Shown: positions 19,401 to 28,645, counted from the stretch's first letter. The stretch: 64,000 nt of DNA from Akkermansiaceae bacterium (GCA_051251915.1 JBPOGF010000001.1:1-64000), one strand, 5' to 3'. Notes: generated by a model not told the origin, from the sequence alone. Numbers and translations are program-made.

Positions 19401-20286
19401 GGCTCTGGATGATGCTAGGGTTACTCGTGCTACGCAGAGATTTTTCCGAGAACTGGAGCTGGTGTTTGGACAGGTTAATTTGGCGGTGAACCCTGAGCAT
19501 GGGGAGTCGAATCCTTTTGAGGCAGAGAACCTGTTAGATGAGATTAAGCAACGGGTGTTGGCACTGGAAACACGGATACAGGGGGATAAAGAGACCTTTG
19601 CATCGGCTGAGGCGTCATTGAAGCAGTTGGTTGGATTGAATGAGCAGGGGGTGGGTTTGATTAGGGCTGCGCAGAATGATGGGATTAAAGATAGTGAACA
19701 GACTGAGGATTGTATTTCAGATATTCATCGAAGTGCGGATCTCATTGAGGCGCATCAGGAGATTCTGGATGAGCCGCATAATAACTGGTCAAATCTGTAT
19801 GATGAGGTTCAGTCGACCTATGAATTTCTTTCGGCATCGGTGTATAAGTTGAGGGAAGAACTGGAGAAAGCTAAGGCTGCACTGGCGAATATACGGTCTG
19901 CGTCACGCAATGTTTCTGGGGCGATGCATTGGTCTGGGTCTTATGGGGTGAGCATCACGGGGTCTTATGGGAGTGATGAGTTGAGCCGGGCTCAGCGTGC
20001 TTTAGATACTGGTGATTATCATCAGGCTACGAGTTATGCGGCAGCGGCCCAGCGTGAGGCGAGGTCTGCTATTTCAAGTGCTGAGTCGAGGGTGGCTAGC
20101 ATACGTCACCAGCGAGAGGAGGCGGCGAGGGCGAGACGGAGAGCGCGGAGTCGGGCGAGTACATCTAGTTTTGGTAGTGGGTCATCTTCTCGGAGGAGTT
20201 CAAGTTTTGGTAGTAGTTCATCCCGAAGTTCATCGTCTAGATCATCTGGGAGTAGTGGGTCTGGGTTCTCTCGATCAGGATGGTAG
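16429..20286 (+). CDS. Large membrane-anchored coiled-coil protein with TPM-like N-terminus and Ser/Gly/Arg-rich tail
   Basis: Signal peptide; GAIFVLFLEERKF beta motif; one hydrophobic segment followed by RRRKKRK; ~800 aa helical region; ends SSGSGFSRSGW. Confidence 0.6.
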   Translation: MGMIGIHFSRLAMILTAVVGVSHGELCMASERAVAFKGVTEMVGDWQGDQHVYVRGKLGVPQKSLDAFEKWLDENGKNWTVILMQNAQGQSWKDTRGVSYYGMDAVENAVGRGLSNNEKFSELLDADDEKRNGAIFVLFLEERKFSYFGEAAYDARFLGEDAWVGNLDHSARQAMRGGSGVVNAAKDTIKVIDAKLKRAKTEEVQRRERAKVEKTETQAWVMREAKAMEVSLKSLAKQAGEIKAVAGAEGGDLANPPLNDWQQVISEAQGNPNPFLAKQALVEVGREMGRQKQAVVDWYGFSDEMAKLEGELGEFSADESFPEAGGRLSDLEKTILLAKGAHAKGERSHHEMLESARNELGYLTVTNERLRGERIRKEAYEEEQREVARMIAYQRKQTMKTTAIAGGSAGGAALLGCGVFSNRRRKKRKLVAEQLYGEWKEAMGLRVDKLFAVMDRAAIVVGSERDLPERGYQGETLDRSLTAIKNVDKAFVLTASVDKALEEAKGLIYPSNVGSKSVNVFSRGRYDDALELLERKPLGSHLPLDEIKVMDRGEAQMLGSRENAENVELSFTELIAEFDRTVDEAVAELDVVEHAWETIAARTETLGNALNEISGKDEELENLAMDDDLFRMDALFEEWLPVAEFHHLEGIEVGKTDPVTALIEEVTHGDRMAGEMAEMIGNVVEFRDSEMDEIVDGAKNLNELHRRNDWVRERMEGLDDELDELSRRGMRETVKDGVVSQKEVMFALNEEVAQACKLAKMSLAAIPKSIEAAREKTVSARSEIATSLDLTADEILKERDAWNPDVMLAEAERLRVSTQLCLDDGLTQQAQYLADQSMKNIDETNAVVDDALLANSGYEREYAHVGELLAEADGLRDAGVGIMSDLVGEYSRGALQVDPENKAAGNFIEVEEALQGAHSQLSKDIVTAKGYQQKGWVLHASQHLVNAKEAYEHIRGMHEFIATRQRELADQEQKNILTLGTHERDLASLKEALDDARVTRATQRFFRELELVFGQVNLAVNPEHGESNPFEAENLLDEIKQRVLALETRIQGDKETFASAEASLKQLVGLNEQGVGLIRAAQNDGIKDSEQTEDCISDIHRSADLIEAHQEILDEPHNNWSNLYDEVQSTYEFLSASVYKLREELEKAKAALANIRSASRNVSGAMHWSGSYGVSITGSYGSDELSRAQRALDTGDYHQATSYAAAAQREARSAISSAESRVASIRHQREEAARARRRARSRASTSSFGSGSSSRRSSSFGSSSSRSSSSRSSGSSGSGFSRSGW

Positions 20287-20293
20287 AGCAAGA

Positions 20294-20323
20294 AAAACCC
20301 AGTGTTAAAGAACACTGGGTTTT
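20294..20323. terminator. Bidirectional terminator
   Basis: Perfect 13-bp stem AAAACCCAGTGTT/AACACTGGGTTTT between convergent genes. Confidence 0.85.
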
Positions 20324-20367
20324 GAGTTTTGAGGTTTGTTACCTTTATAGATTCAGACTAAGCTGAC

Positions 20368-21543
20368 CTAGTTGATTTTAAATACAGGAACGTCGTCTAG
20401 TTCTATTGGGTATTTAATCTTCTTGAGTCTTTTGATGTCGTCAGAGTCAAGAGGTTCGGCGCAGAACGGGGGAAGAATGTATTGGCCATCTTTGTTCTTC
20501 TTGTATTTGACGCCTTTTTCTTCGACGAAGAGTCCGCCGCCAACGAAGCCACCTGGTGACTCTCCGATAACGATTCGGATATCGTCTCCTTTTCTTAGGC
20601 TGATAAATTTTTTATTTCTGCGCATTTTTACTTTGTCAAACATCGTTGCGCCAGGGACGTCTTCTCCTTTATCAAAGTCTCCCGTGTGGTCTGACCAGCT
20701 TCCGTCAAAGACGACTTTATCGTTCACATAGACTACGAGTAGGTCATCATAGCGGCCGGTGAATTTTATCTCATTCGGAGCATCTGCCACTAGTTCTCCT
20801 TCATAAATGATGAGCAATCCAGATGGGTCGACTTCTTTTTCCACACCGAAAGCTTTGGGAGCGATGTGAGCTCTAGAATTACCCATCACGACGTGGGTGA
20901 ATGTGAGTTCTAGGTTTGCTTTGTAGTATTTAGCGAGTCTAGTGAGGGAGTATTTGCCACGGGCAAGGCTTCTGATTTCGCTTTTATAGATATCGATTCT
21001 GCCACGGCTGGAGTTTTCTTTGAAGAAATCACCTAGTTTGGTGGGTGATTTTTTAGAAGATTGTTTTAAGTCGTAGAATGAACCTTTCATGCCTGAGCCA
21101 CCGCTACGTCCGAATGGGGTATTTTTGCCACCACCAGCAGCTCCATTGCCGCTGCCGTTACCCCAGCCATCTCCGAAGTCGTCACCGCTGCCGAAGTCGA
21201 GAGAGGGTTCAGTGACGGTGATATCTGGCACGGGGACTGCTGTAGGTGAAGGGGTGCTAGTGGCGATGACCTTAGACATTGAACTGGATGGGGAGCTGGG
21301 CTTTTTCTGCACTTGATCTGTCATCTCAGGTTTAGTTATTTTTTCTTCAGTATCGCTTTTGGAAGAATAGGTGACTAGTTCCTCAGTGTTTTTAAACAGT
21401 GAGGAAAGAGAGATCATCCAGAGGATACCTACAAGAAGAGTGCAAATAAGTAAGGCAATAATGAATGACGTGATTGTGACGTTTCGTTTCTGCGCTGCTA
21501 AACGCGCTTGGGTTTCAGGGTTTGTGGGTACGTGTAAACTCAT
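20368..21543 (-). CDS. Membrane-anchored hypothetical protein with Pro/Ser/Gly linker and PA14-like domain
   Basis: Single N-terminal TM segment, low-complexity linker, then GRYDDLLVVYVND motif. Confidence 0.6.
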   Translation of the reverse strand: MSLHVPTNPETQARLAAQKRNVTITSFIIALLICTLLVGILWMISLSSLFKNTEELVTYSSKSDTEEKITKPEMTDQVQKKPSSPSSSMSKVIATSTPSPTAVPVPDITVTEPSLDFGSGDDFGDGWGNGSGNGAAGGGKNTPFGRSGGSGMKGSFYDLKQSSKKSPTKLGDFFKENSSRGRIDIYKSEIRSLARGKYSLTRLAKYYKANLELTFTHVVMGNSRAHIAPKAFGVEKEVDPSGLLIIYEGELVADAPNEIKFTGRYDDLLVVYVNDKVVFDGSWSDHTGDFDKGEDVPGATMFDKVKMRRNKKFISLRKGDDIRIVIGESPGGFVGGGLFVEEKGVKYKKNKDGQYILPPFCAEPLDSDDIKRLKKIKYPIELDDVPVFKIN

Positions 21544-21732
21544 AATGTTAAGAAGTAGTTTTAATGTCTTCTATGACTATAACTCATTAAAGTAGTTTTT
21601 TATTAGGAGGAAGCAAAAAAAATATATTCAAAACATTAGAAATCATACAACTAAGTGTGCTTTCAACTGTTTATAGTCCCATAAGAGCGAATCTAGCTTT
21701 TAAATCACTAGAATCTAAGCAAAATCAACAAT

Positions 21733-22599
21733 ATGAATAAATCATTAGTAATTACAATGTCATTGGCCCTTTTCGGGTTTTCAGGACTCACCATGGCTAA
21801 GCCTGAGGGAGACAAAGGACCTAAGGGGCCAAGAGGTGGAGATCACCGCAAAGAATTGATGGAGAAGTTCGACACCGATGGTGATGGCGAGCTCTCTGAC
21901 GAAGAGAAAAAAGCAGCGAAAGCAGCTTGGGTAGCAAAAATGAAGGAGAAGCTCGACACTGATGGTGACGGCGAAGTATCTGACGAAGAGAAGAAAGCGT
22001 TACGCGACAAATTTGGCAAAGGTAAGCGTGGCGAAGGCCGCAAAGGATCTGGACCAAAAGGATCAAAGGGACCCAAAGGCGAAGGTTCTAAGGGGCCTAA
22101 AGGTAAGTTTAGCGAAGCGATGAAGAAGAGACTTCTTGAGGAATTCGACGCAGACGGAAATGGTGAACTCTCAGATGATGAGAAGAAAGTGGCTAAGGAA
22201 GCGATGAAGAAAAGACATGAAGCGATGAAGGAAAAAATGGCTGAATTGAAGCAGAAGTCCATGGAGAAGTATGACACTGATGGCGACGGCGAGCTATCAG
22301 ATGCTGAGAAGGAAGCAATGAAAGTGTCAGTCAAAGCGGCTCACGATGCATTCAAAGCAGGAATGCTCGAGAAGTATGATGCTGACGGTGACGGAGAACT
22401 CTCTGACGATGAACGCAAAACAGCTCAGGAAGCTGAGAAGGCAGCACTCATCGAAAAGTTCGACGCTGATGGTAGCGGTGAACTTGAAGGTGAAGAGCGT
22501 GCAGCAGCAGGTGACTGGATGAGAGAGAACCTTCCTTTCAGGCACATGGACGGATCTAAAGGCAGAAAAGGACCTAAGGGTAAGAAAGGTGAGGAATAG
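21733..22599 (+). CDS. Secreted EF-hand calcium-binding protein
   Basis: Signal peptide; six D(T/A)DG(D/N/S)GE(L/V)xxxE loops; KGPKG repeats. Confidence 0.88.
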   Translation: MNKSLVITMSLALFGFSGLTMAKPEGDKGPKGPRGGDHRKELMEKFDTDGDGELSDEEKKAAKAAWVAKMKEKLDTDGDGEVSDEEKKALRDKFGKGKRGEGRKGSGPKGSKGPKGEGSKGPKGKFSEAMKKRLLEEFDADGNGELSDDEKKVAKEAMKKRHEAMKEKMAELKQKSMEKYDTDGDGELSDAEKEAMKVSVKAAHDAFKAGMLEKYDADGDGELSDDERKTAQEAEKAALIEKFDADGSGELEGEERAAAGDWMRENLPFRHMDGSKGRKGPKGKKGEE

Positions 22600-22653
22600 T
22601 CCTAACCTAACCTAACTTTACACTATGTTGTAACATAAAAGATCATAATTATT

Positions 22654-22684
22654 AGGGGAGTCTCTTAGGGGGCTCCCTTTTTTT
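22654..22684 (+). terminator. Rho-independent terminator
   Basis: AGGGGAGTCTC-TTAG-GGGGCTCCCTT plus T run. Confidence 0.75.
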
Positions 22685-22722
22685 ATTGTGGGGATGGTCT
22701 AGTTGTCTTAGTTTTTGCTTGG

Positions 22723-23994
22723 ATGATTAAGAAACTCACTTTTGCGGGGATTACCGCGTTAATTCTATTCGTTAGCACGAGTTGTTCACCTTTTGCGACA
22801 CCTGGCCAGACGGTCTTGGCTCCTACTCCGCTGTCGTTAGCTTATGGGAAGATTCAGTCTTTAGAAGAATTTGGGAAGCTGGATCTGAGTAAGCCAGTTC
22901 CTGTCTTCATCTGTAGCAGTAGGAATATAGAACCACATGGAGATAGGGTGGATCCTTTTGGTAATAAGCGAAGTGAGAAATTAGTCCCTTATTTGGCGTT
23001 AGCTAAGGTCTCGATTGGCAAAAATACTTCACCTGAGGAGGTTCTTAGGGAGACGGTGAGTGTGGGAGCGAAAAAGAGGACGCGTGTGAAAATGGAGAGT
23101 TTGGAGATGTTCGATAGTCCGAATCTGACACCATTTTCTTCTTTGGCAGATAAGAAGCGAGAGTTTATCAAGAATAAGTGGCTGAAAACGATAGCTTTGG
23201 AGATGAATAAGAGTGAGCGAAAGGAGCTGACGATTTTTGTGCATGGTTATAATACGAACTTAGTGGAGAACACTGAGCTTCTGAGTGAGATGTATCATTA
23301 TGCTGCTCGACAAGGAGCGGTGGTGAACTATGAGTGGCCATCTGCTGGGAGGCTCGTGGGCTATTTTCAGGATAAGGGTAATGCTGAGCAGAGCACACGG
23401 ATGTTCCGTAGTTTCATAAGCAGGGTAGCGCAGATCACGGGGGCAGAGAGGGTGAGAATTATTGCGCACAGCGCGGGGAACCCTATTGTGGTGAATGCTC
23501 TGAAGGATCTGAGGTTGTTGAACAGAAAACTTACCCCTAGGCAGTTGCAGGAGAAGTTTAGGATTAGTCAGGTGATACTGGCGGCACCGGATATGGACTC
23601 GATGCGTTTTATGAATGCGGTGTTTGATCGGTTTTTCGAGATGTCAAAAGATGTTAGTGTGTATGCGTCACCTAATGATAGAGCGTTGTTGCTTTCTGGT
23701 AAGCTCTTTGGGACGAACCGCTTGGGGAGTGCGATTGGTAAATTTACTGACTGGGAGAAGGTGGCGCTTAAGAAGGCGGAGAACCTGCAGTTGATTGATG
23801 TCACGGTGCCGCAGCGTAAATATGGGAGTCTTCTAGGGCACGGGTATTTCCACCGTGACCCATGGGTGAGCTCAGATATCCTCTTGAGTGGTGTTCGCCC
23901 TAATGCTGGGGATAGAGGGCTGGTTAGGAGTAAGGATAGTGTTTTTTGGGAGTTTACCAATGACTACCCTGATAAGTTGAAAAATTTACGTTAA
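22723..23994 (+). CDS. DUF900 family alpha/beta hydrolase lipoprotein
   Basis: IFVHGYN, WPSAG, IIAHSAG, LAAPD, DRAL, GHGYF; lipobox-like STSC. Confidence 0.85.
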   Translation: MIKKLTFAGITALILFVSTSCSPFATPGQTVLAPTPLSLAYGKIQSLEEFGKLDLSKPVPVFICSSRNIEPHGDRVDPFGNKRSEKLVPYLALAKVSIGKNTSPEEVLRETVSVGAKKRTRVKMESLEMFDSPNLTPFSSLADKKREFIKNKWLKTIALEMNKSERKELTIFVHGYNTNLVENTELLSEMYHYAARQGAVVNYEWPSAGRLVGYFQDKGNAEQSTRMFRSFISRVAQITGAERVRIIAHSAGNPIVVNALKDLRLLNRKLTPRQLQEKFRISQVILAAPDMDSMRFMNAVFDRFFEMSKDVSVYASPNDRALLLSGKLFGTNRLGSAIGKFTDWEKVALKKAENLQLIDVTVPQRKYGSLLGHGYFHRDPWVSSDILLSGVRPNAGDRGLVRSKDSVFWEFTNDYPDKLKNLR

Positions 23995-24032
23995 ACTTTA
24001 AACCTCCTGCACTCTCGTTGCCAGAGGGACCT

Positions 24033-24665
24033 TTAGTTAGTGAAGATTTCGTAGATCTGAATGTCTTCTTCGGTCAAGAAGTAGATATCGTCAGCGTCAG
24101 CGGCATTGATCGAGAAGAAGTAGAAATCATTTGCTAATTGGTTACGGAGACCAATGCTCAAGTAATAATTGATGTAGAAATCATGAATACTGTCATCAAT
24201 TGGGTAGTCTGAGGCTTGTTGGTTCGTAGAATCTGCCCAAGCGTTGACACCAACAAGTGTATTAAACCCTCTTGTTCTGTTATCACCTGCAAGGAATAGA
24301 TCTACTGCTCCTGAGGCAATGATGCCCCTGTCTACGATATGTGTGTCGAGGCGTAGATCATAGATTTGTTGGCCTATAAGGAAGTTCACATCGTCACTGA
24401 CAGAGCCTGGTGCTTGATCAAATAGGATGGTATGAATTTCAGGGTGCTCATTGATCATTTGATTAAACTGGGAGAGGGAATTACTGTCGATAATTCCGTC
24501 TAAGACCGCAGATTTATGATCTTCTGATACGTAGAATGGCGGGTAATTATGCTGATCTAATTCGTTGTCGTAAGCTGAATTATTATATCCATCACATGAG
24601 TTTAGCACTACGAGTGATGATATCATCGCTAACAATCGAAATAGAAAAGTGATAGATTTTTTCAT
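24033..24665 (-). CDS. Lipoprotein, COG3904-like (ClpP/crotonase-like fold)
   Basis: Lipobox LNSC; PGSVSDD and IASGAVDLFLAG motifs. Confidence 0.55.
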   Translation of the reverse strand: MKKSITFLFRLLAMISSLVVLNSCDGYNNSAYDNELDQHNYPPFYVSEDHKSAVLDGIIDSNSLSQFNQMINEHPEIHTILFDQAPGSVSDDVNFLIGQQIYDLRLDTHIVDRGIIASGAVDLFLAGDNRTRGFNTLVGVNAWADSTNQQASDYPIDDSIHDFYINYYLSIGLRNQLANDFYFFSINAADADDIYFLTEEDIQIYEIFTN

Positions 24666-24711
24666 AACGAACTAACCTACCACAGTTTACCCTTGAATGT
24701 CAATCTATTCC

Positions 24712-25590
24712 CTACTTCCTGCGTTTGTATGATTTATTCCTTGGGGTAGGGCGAGATGCTTTAGGGGCTGATCTGCGGGCTGTTTTCTTGGTTTTTACAG
24801 GGGAACTGCGGTGACCTCTAGATTGCTCTTTAGGGTTAGTCTGGAGCATCTGGATGTCTTCTTCTGAGAGCTCAGCCCAGCGTCCAGTTTCTAGTCCTGT
24901 GTCGATGATCATGCCGATGCGGACGCGCACTAGGCGGGCTACATTGAGGTGAAGAGCTTTACACATGAGGCGGATCTGGCGTTTCATGCCGGTCTCAAGT
25001 GTGATGAGCATTCTTCTTGGTGAGAGGCGTTTGACTGACTTGGCTTTCGCGCGAGGCATTCCTTTACCGATGAATACTCCACGTAGGAAGGTGTCTAGGA
25101 CTTCGTTGTCGTATGCTTGGTTGGTGGTGACGAGGTATTCTTTCTCGACCTTTTGTGATGGGTGGGCGAGTCGCTGAGCGAGGTCGCCGTCATTGGTGAG
25201 GACGAGGAGTCCTTCAGAGTCCTGATCAAGTCTGCCTACGTGGTTTAGGTGTCTGAGTGTGGGTGGGAGGAACTCATAGATGGTGTCACGCTGTAGTTCA
25301 TCGTTTTTAGTGCAGACGCAGCCTCTTGGTTTGTTGAAGAGGATGGTTTTGATTTCCTTGGGGAGGACGCGCTTGCCGTCAATTTTGACAAAGTCTTGGT
25401 GGCTGACTTTCTGTGAGAGGTCAGTGCATGGGTAGCCATTGACCTGGACGAGTCCGTCTTGGATGAGTTGATCGCACTTGCGGCGAGAGTCGATACCGCA
25501 TGATGCGAGGTATCTGTTGAGACGGAATTCTTCAGGAAGAAATTCTTCTGAGTGGTCGTCTGGTAGGGATTGGTCTTCTGGTGTGGTCAT
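24712..25590 (-). CDS. rRNA pseudouridine synthase (RsuA/RluB family) with S4 domain
   Basis: RLNRYLASCGIDSRRKCD, NKPRG, VGRLDQDSEGLL, EKEY. Start reassigned to ATG 25590. Confidence 0.92.
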   Translation of the reverse strand: MTTPEDQSLPDDHSEEFLPEEFRLNRYLASCGIDSRRKCDQLIQDGLVQVNGYPCTDLSQKVSHQDFVKIDGKRVLPKEIKTILFNKPRGCVCTKNDELQRDTIYEFLPPTLRHLNHVGRLDQDSEGLLVLTNDGDLAQRLAHPSQKVEKEYLVTTNQAYDNEVLDTFLRGVFIGKGMPRAKAKSVKRLSPRRMLITLETGMKRQIRLMCKALHLNVARLVRVRIGMIIDTGLETGRWAELSEEDIQMLQTNPKEQSRGHRSSPVKTKKTARRSAPKASRPTPRNKSYKRRK

Positions 25591-25649
25591 GGTGTTGGTG
25601 CTGAAAATATAGTTTGGTAAATGGAGGGGGGTGGTGAAATATGGGAAGA

Positions 25650-25688
25650 AAGAAAGCCCGCGAGGCGAGTTTATCGCGAAGCGGGCTT
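25650..25688 (-). terminator. Terminator downstream of the small basic protein gene
   Basis: AAGCCCGC...GCGGGCTT stem with an A-rich left flank (U-tract on the minus strand). Confidence 0.55.
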
Positions 25689-25741
25689 GTCGAAATGTTT
25701 GTATGGATGGTGATTTGATAATAAAGTAGCGAACTACTTTA

Positions 25742-25897
25742 TTAATCAATTACCTTAGTTTTAGGAAGACCAGTTGGAGACTGTCCTTCTTTCCACTTAC
25801 CGTTTTCTTTGAGTGCTTTTACGCGCTCGAAACGCTTCATAACTGATCGCTTACCTTGTGCGCTACCTTGTGCTTTGAGACTTGAATGCTTTGACAT
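25742..25897 (-). CDS. PVC-superphylum small basic protein (TIGR04137-like), missing from the ORF track
   Basis: Translated by hand: MSKHSSLKAQGSAQGKRSVMKRFERVKALKENGKWKEGQSPTGLPKTKVID (51 aa); MSxHxSL...R.V.KR.ER...W...GLPK signature. Confidence 0.9.
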   Translation of the reverse strand: MSKHSSLKAQGSAQGKRSVMKRFERVKALKENGKWKEGQSPTGLPKTKVID

Positions 25898-26008
25898 AAT
25901 GAAAATTGTTTTTGTTGTGAGGGCGTTAGATAGTGCGAATTGCGAGGTTTGGCAACTAGAAAGTGGAAGTTAATTGAGATTTCTGCAAAAAAGAGCATTT
26001 TTTGGCAG

Positions 26009-26046
26009 AAAAAAGCACTTCAGCGGTGACGGCGAGGTGCTTTTTT
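26009..26046 (-). terminator. Terminator after the Bax inhibitor-1 gene
   Basis: AAAAAAGCACTT...AGGTGCTTTTTT inverted repeat. Confidence 0.65.
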
Positions 26047-26068
26047 AGAGAGAATAGGATCTCAGGAA

Positions 26069-26821
26069 TTAATCACTGCTAGCAAATGACATGAGGATTC
26101 TGAGGATATACCAGAATAGTAGAGCTACTGAGGCGAATAGGCCGAGTGAGGCAGCTACGTATTGGTTGGTATTGTATTGGTGGATGATGTTGCTAGTGCT
26201 GTAGAGCACGCTGATGGATGCAAATACGACCATACCGGCTGAGAACCAGGTGCCGAGGTTGATATTCACGCCAGGGATGAAGGATAGACCAATGAGACCG
26301 AGAGCGATGAATCCACCGATTTTAAGGAATCCGCCTAGGAAGGAGAAGTCTTTTTTTGTGGTGAAGGCTACGAGGGTGATACCTCCAACGAGTGCACCAG
26401 TCATGAATCCGGCTTTGGCAATGAGTGCTTGGCCTGGGAAGTAAGCGCTCGCCATGTAGATCATAGGGAGGAAGATGAGAGCCTCAGCTACTACATAGAG
26501 GCCTAGTCCCATGTATTGCTTTTGGACTGAGGTGTTGCTCATTGCCCATTTGTTAGCGACCATGGAGACTACCATGAATGCACCTAGAACGAGGAGCCAG
26601 CCAGCGCCGGATCTCATCATGGTTTCAGCAAGGTTAGTCATCACTGTGCTCTGGAGGAAGAACCATTCTAGTGCGGCGAATGCTGCGATGGCTCCAGCGA
26701 GGTGGGTGTATGTCTTACGGATGAATTCCGCTCTGACATTCTCTGACTGCGCAGCTACCGAGTATGGTGATGCGTAGGGATTTTGATTATTAGGGGTATT
26801 TTGATTCGTGTAATCTTGCAT
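26069..26821 (-). CDS. Bax inhibitor-1/YccA family membrane protein
   Basis: Seven hydrophobic segments; RAEFIRKTYTHL, TKKDFSFLG, YVAASLGLF. Confidence 0.9.
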   Translation of the reverse strand: MQDYTNQNTPNNQNPYASPYSVAAQSENVRAEFIRKTYTHLAGAIAAFAALEWFFLQSTVMTNLAETMMRSGAGWLLVLGAFMVVSMVANKWAMSNTSVQKQYMGLGLYVVAEALIFLPMIYMASAYFPGQALIAKAGFMTGALVGGITLVAFTTKKDFSFLGGFLKIGGFIALGLIGLSFIPGVNINLGTWFSAGMVVFASISVLYSTSNIIHQYNTNQYVAASLGLFASVALLFWYILRILMSFASSD

Positions 26822-26932
26822 AATAGTGTGCTTGGTTGTGGATAATATAGGAGGTAGTTTGGGATGCGCAACGGAAATTTTAATAGATAATCATAGACGA
26901 TTGTCCTTAAGAAGAGTAGAGGTTTAGTAGTA

Positions 26933-27610
26933 ATGTATTGTATTAAATTCTTTTGTCAGAGGTGGGGGGGACTTTTCATTTTTAACTTGTTACTGCTGAG
27001 TGTCACTTATGGGGATAGTTCATTTGTAGTTCATGAGAATTGTGAGTTAGTGGATGAGAAATGGAATGATGGAGATAGTTTTCATGTGAAACTAGAAGAT
27101 GGAACAAAGCAGGTTTTTAGGCTTTATGGGGTGGATTGCATAGAGACTAATCATAAGGAGGAATTTATGAAGTCGAGATTGGATGCTCAGGCGTATTATT
27201 TTGGATTGTATGGTAAGGATTCCGAGAAGGAGCGGCTTGAAAGAATGATTGGCTTAGGTAAGTTGGCGGCTGAGGGGGTAAAGAAGTCCTTAAGAGATCC
27301 CTTTACTGTGATCACACAGAACAAAAGTGCAGGTGGTTTAAATGATAGTCGCTCTTTTTGTTATGTTATAACAAAGCGAGGATCGGATCTAGGTGAATGG
27401 CTGGTGAGAGCTGGATTAGCGAGGGTGTATGGTTCTATAGATAGGCGACCAGGTGTGGGTGAAGGGGTGTATAAACAAGGATTATATGATATGGAGATGA
27501 CGGCGATAGGGATGCAGTTAGGGGCGTGGAAAGAAACAGAATGGAAATATTTTGCACGTGAACGGAAGGAATATCGTAAACTTACCGAAAAATTGTTCAA
27601 ATCACCATGA
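26933..27610 (+). CDS. Thermonuclease (SNase-like) family secreted protein
   Basis: NDGDSFHV, RLYGVDCIET, DLGEWLVRAGLAR, GAW. Confidence 0.85.
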   Translation: MYCIKFFCQRWGGLFIFNLLLLSVTYGDSSFVVHENCELVDEKWNDGDSFHVKLEDGTKQVFRLYGVDCIETNHKEEFMKSRLDAQAYYFGLYGKDSEKERLERMIGLGKLAAEGVKKSLRDPFTVITQNKSAGGLNDSRSFCYVITKRGSDLGEWLVRAGLARVYGSIDRRPGVGEGVYKQGLYDMEMTAIGMQLGAWKETEWKYFARERKEYRKLTEKLFKSP

Positions 27611-27746
27611 TGAAGAGTGGTTTAGGGACGATCAATCCTTGCTTCTATCTGGTTAGTCTGTTTTTCTCTGTGACATACTTTAGATCTTGGTTGAAAAACC
27701 AGCATATCGATTATCACTCATTTATTATCACCCACATTATTCAATT

Positions 27747-28628
27747 ATGGCTATTCCACAATCTACTATCGCGCTCGTTTATGATTATGACCAGACGCTG
27801 AGTCCGCGCTATATGCAGGACGATGTACTTTTTCCGGAGTTTGGGATCAATCCGGCGTCATTTTGGGAGAAGTGTAATGTTTTGGTGAAAGAAAAGAAAT
27901 GGGATGGTGAGTTGGCTTATCTTAAGTGTTTGCTGGATTATTTAGCGATGGATGGTGTTTCGAATGATCGGCTCACTGAGTTGGGTGCTAATCTGACATT
28001 TTTTCCGGGGCTTCCTGAGATGTTTGAGGAAATAGAGGGGCTTTGTCTTACGGATCTGCATAAGGCGGCGGGGATAAAGGTGGAGCATTATATTGTGTCT
28101 TCTGGGTTGAAGGCATTGGTGGATGGTAGCAGGATGGCTAAGCATTTTAAGAAGATCTATGGTTGTGAATTCGGCGAAGACGAAAATGGGGTGATTAGTT
28201 TTCCTAAGCGTGCGATTTCTCATACGACTAAAACGCAGTTTCTTTTCCGGATCAATAAGGGTCTGCTGGAGTATGGTGAGGATGTGAATGACCACATGCC
28301 TGAGGCTGTGCGTCCGGTTCCATTCCAGAATATGGTGTATGTGGGTGATGGCCCTACTGATGTGCCTTGTTTTACGGTGATGCAGAAAAATGGTGGTCAT
28401 GCCATTGCTGTGTATAATCCTGAGGATGAGACGAATAGGAGCTTTGATAAGTGTTTTCAGATGTGTGCTCATGCGAATCGTGTCAAGCACATCGCGCCGG
28501 CGGATTACAGGCGAGGGAGTCATTTACGCCTGATTCTTGAAAAAATGGTTAGGGAAATGGCCGATAATATTCTATCAAAGCGTCAGAGCGAGGTTGATAG
28601 CGGTAAGGTTTCAGCCCCACAATTTTAG
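27747..28628 (+). CDS. HAD-superfamily hydrolase
   Basis: YDYDQTL, IVSSG, KTQFLFRINKG, YVGDGPTDVPC. Start reassigned to ATG 27747. Confidence 0.88.
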   Translation: MAIPQSTIALVYDYDQTLSPRYMQDDVLFPEFGINPASFWEKCNVLVKEKKWDGELAYLKCLLDYLAMDGVSNDRLTELGANLTFFPGLPEMFEEIEGLCLTDLHKAAGIKVEHYIVSSGLKALVDGSRMAKHFKKIYGCEFGEDENGVISFPKRAISHTTKTQFLFRINKGLLEYGEDVNDHMPEAVRPVPFQNMVYVGDGPTDVPCFTVMQKNGGHAIAVYNPEDETNRSFDKCFQMCAHANRVKHIAPADYRRGSHLRLILEKMVREMADNILSKRQSEVDSGKVSAPQF

Positions 28629-28645
28629 AATTAAAAACCAAGTAG

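Noticed and set aside
25591..25749. Listed N-terminal extension of the pseudouridine synthase
   Set aside because: Non-ATG start; overlaps the small basic protein gene end and its terminator.
26933..28628. Nuclease plus HAD pair as a defence system
   Set aside because: The nuclease looks secreted and the pair runs into mpl in a housekeeping context; no supporting evidence.
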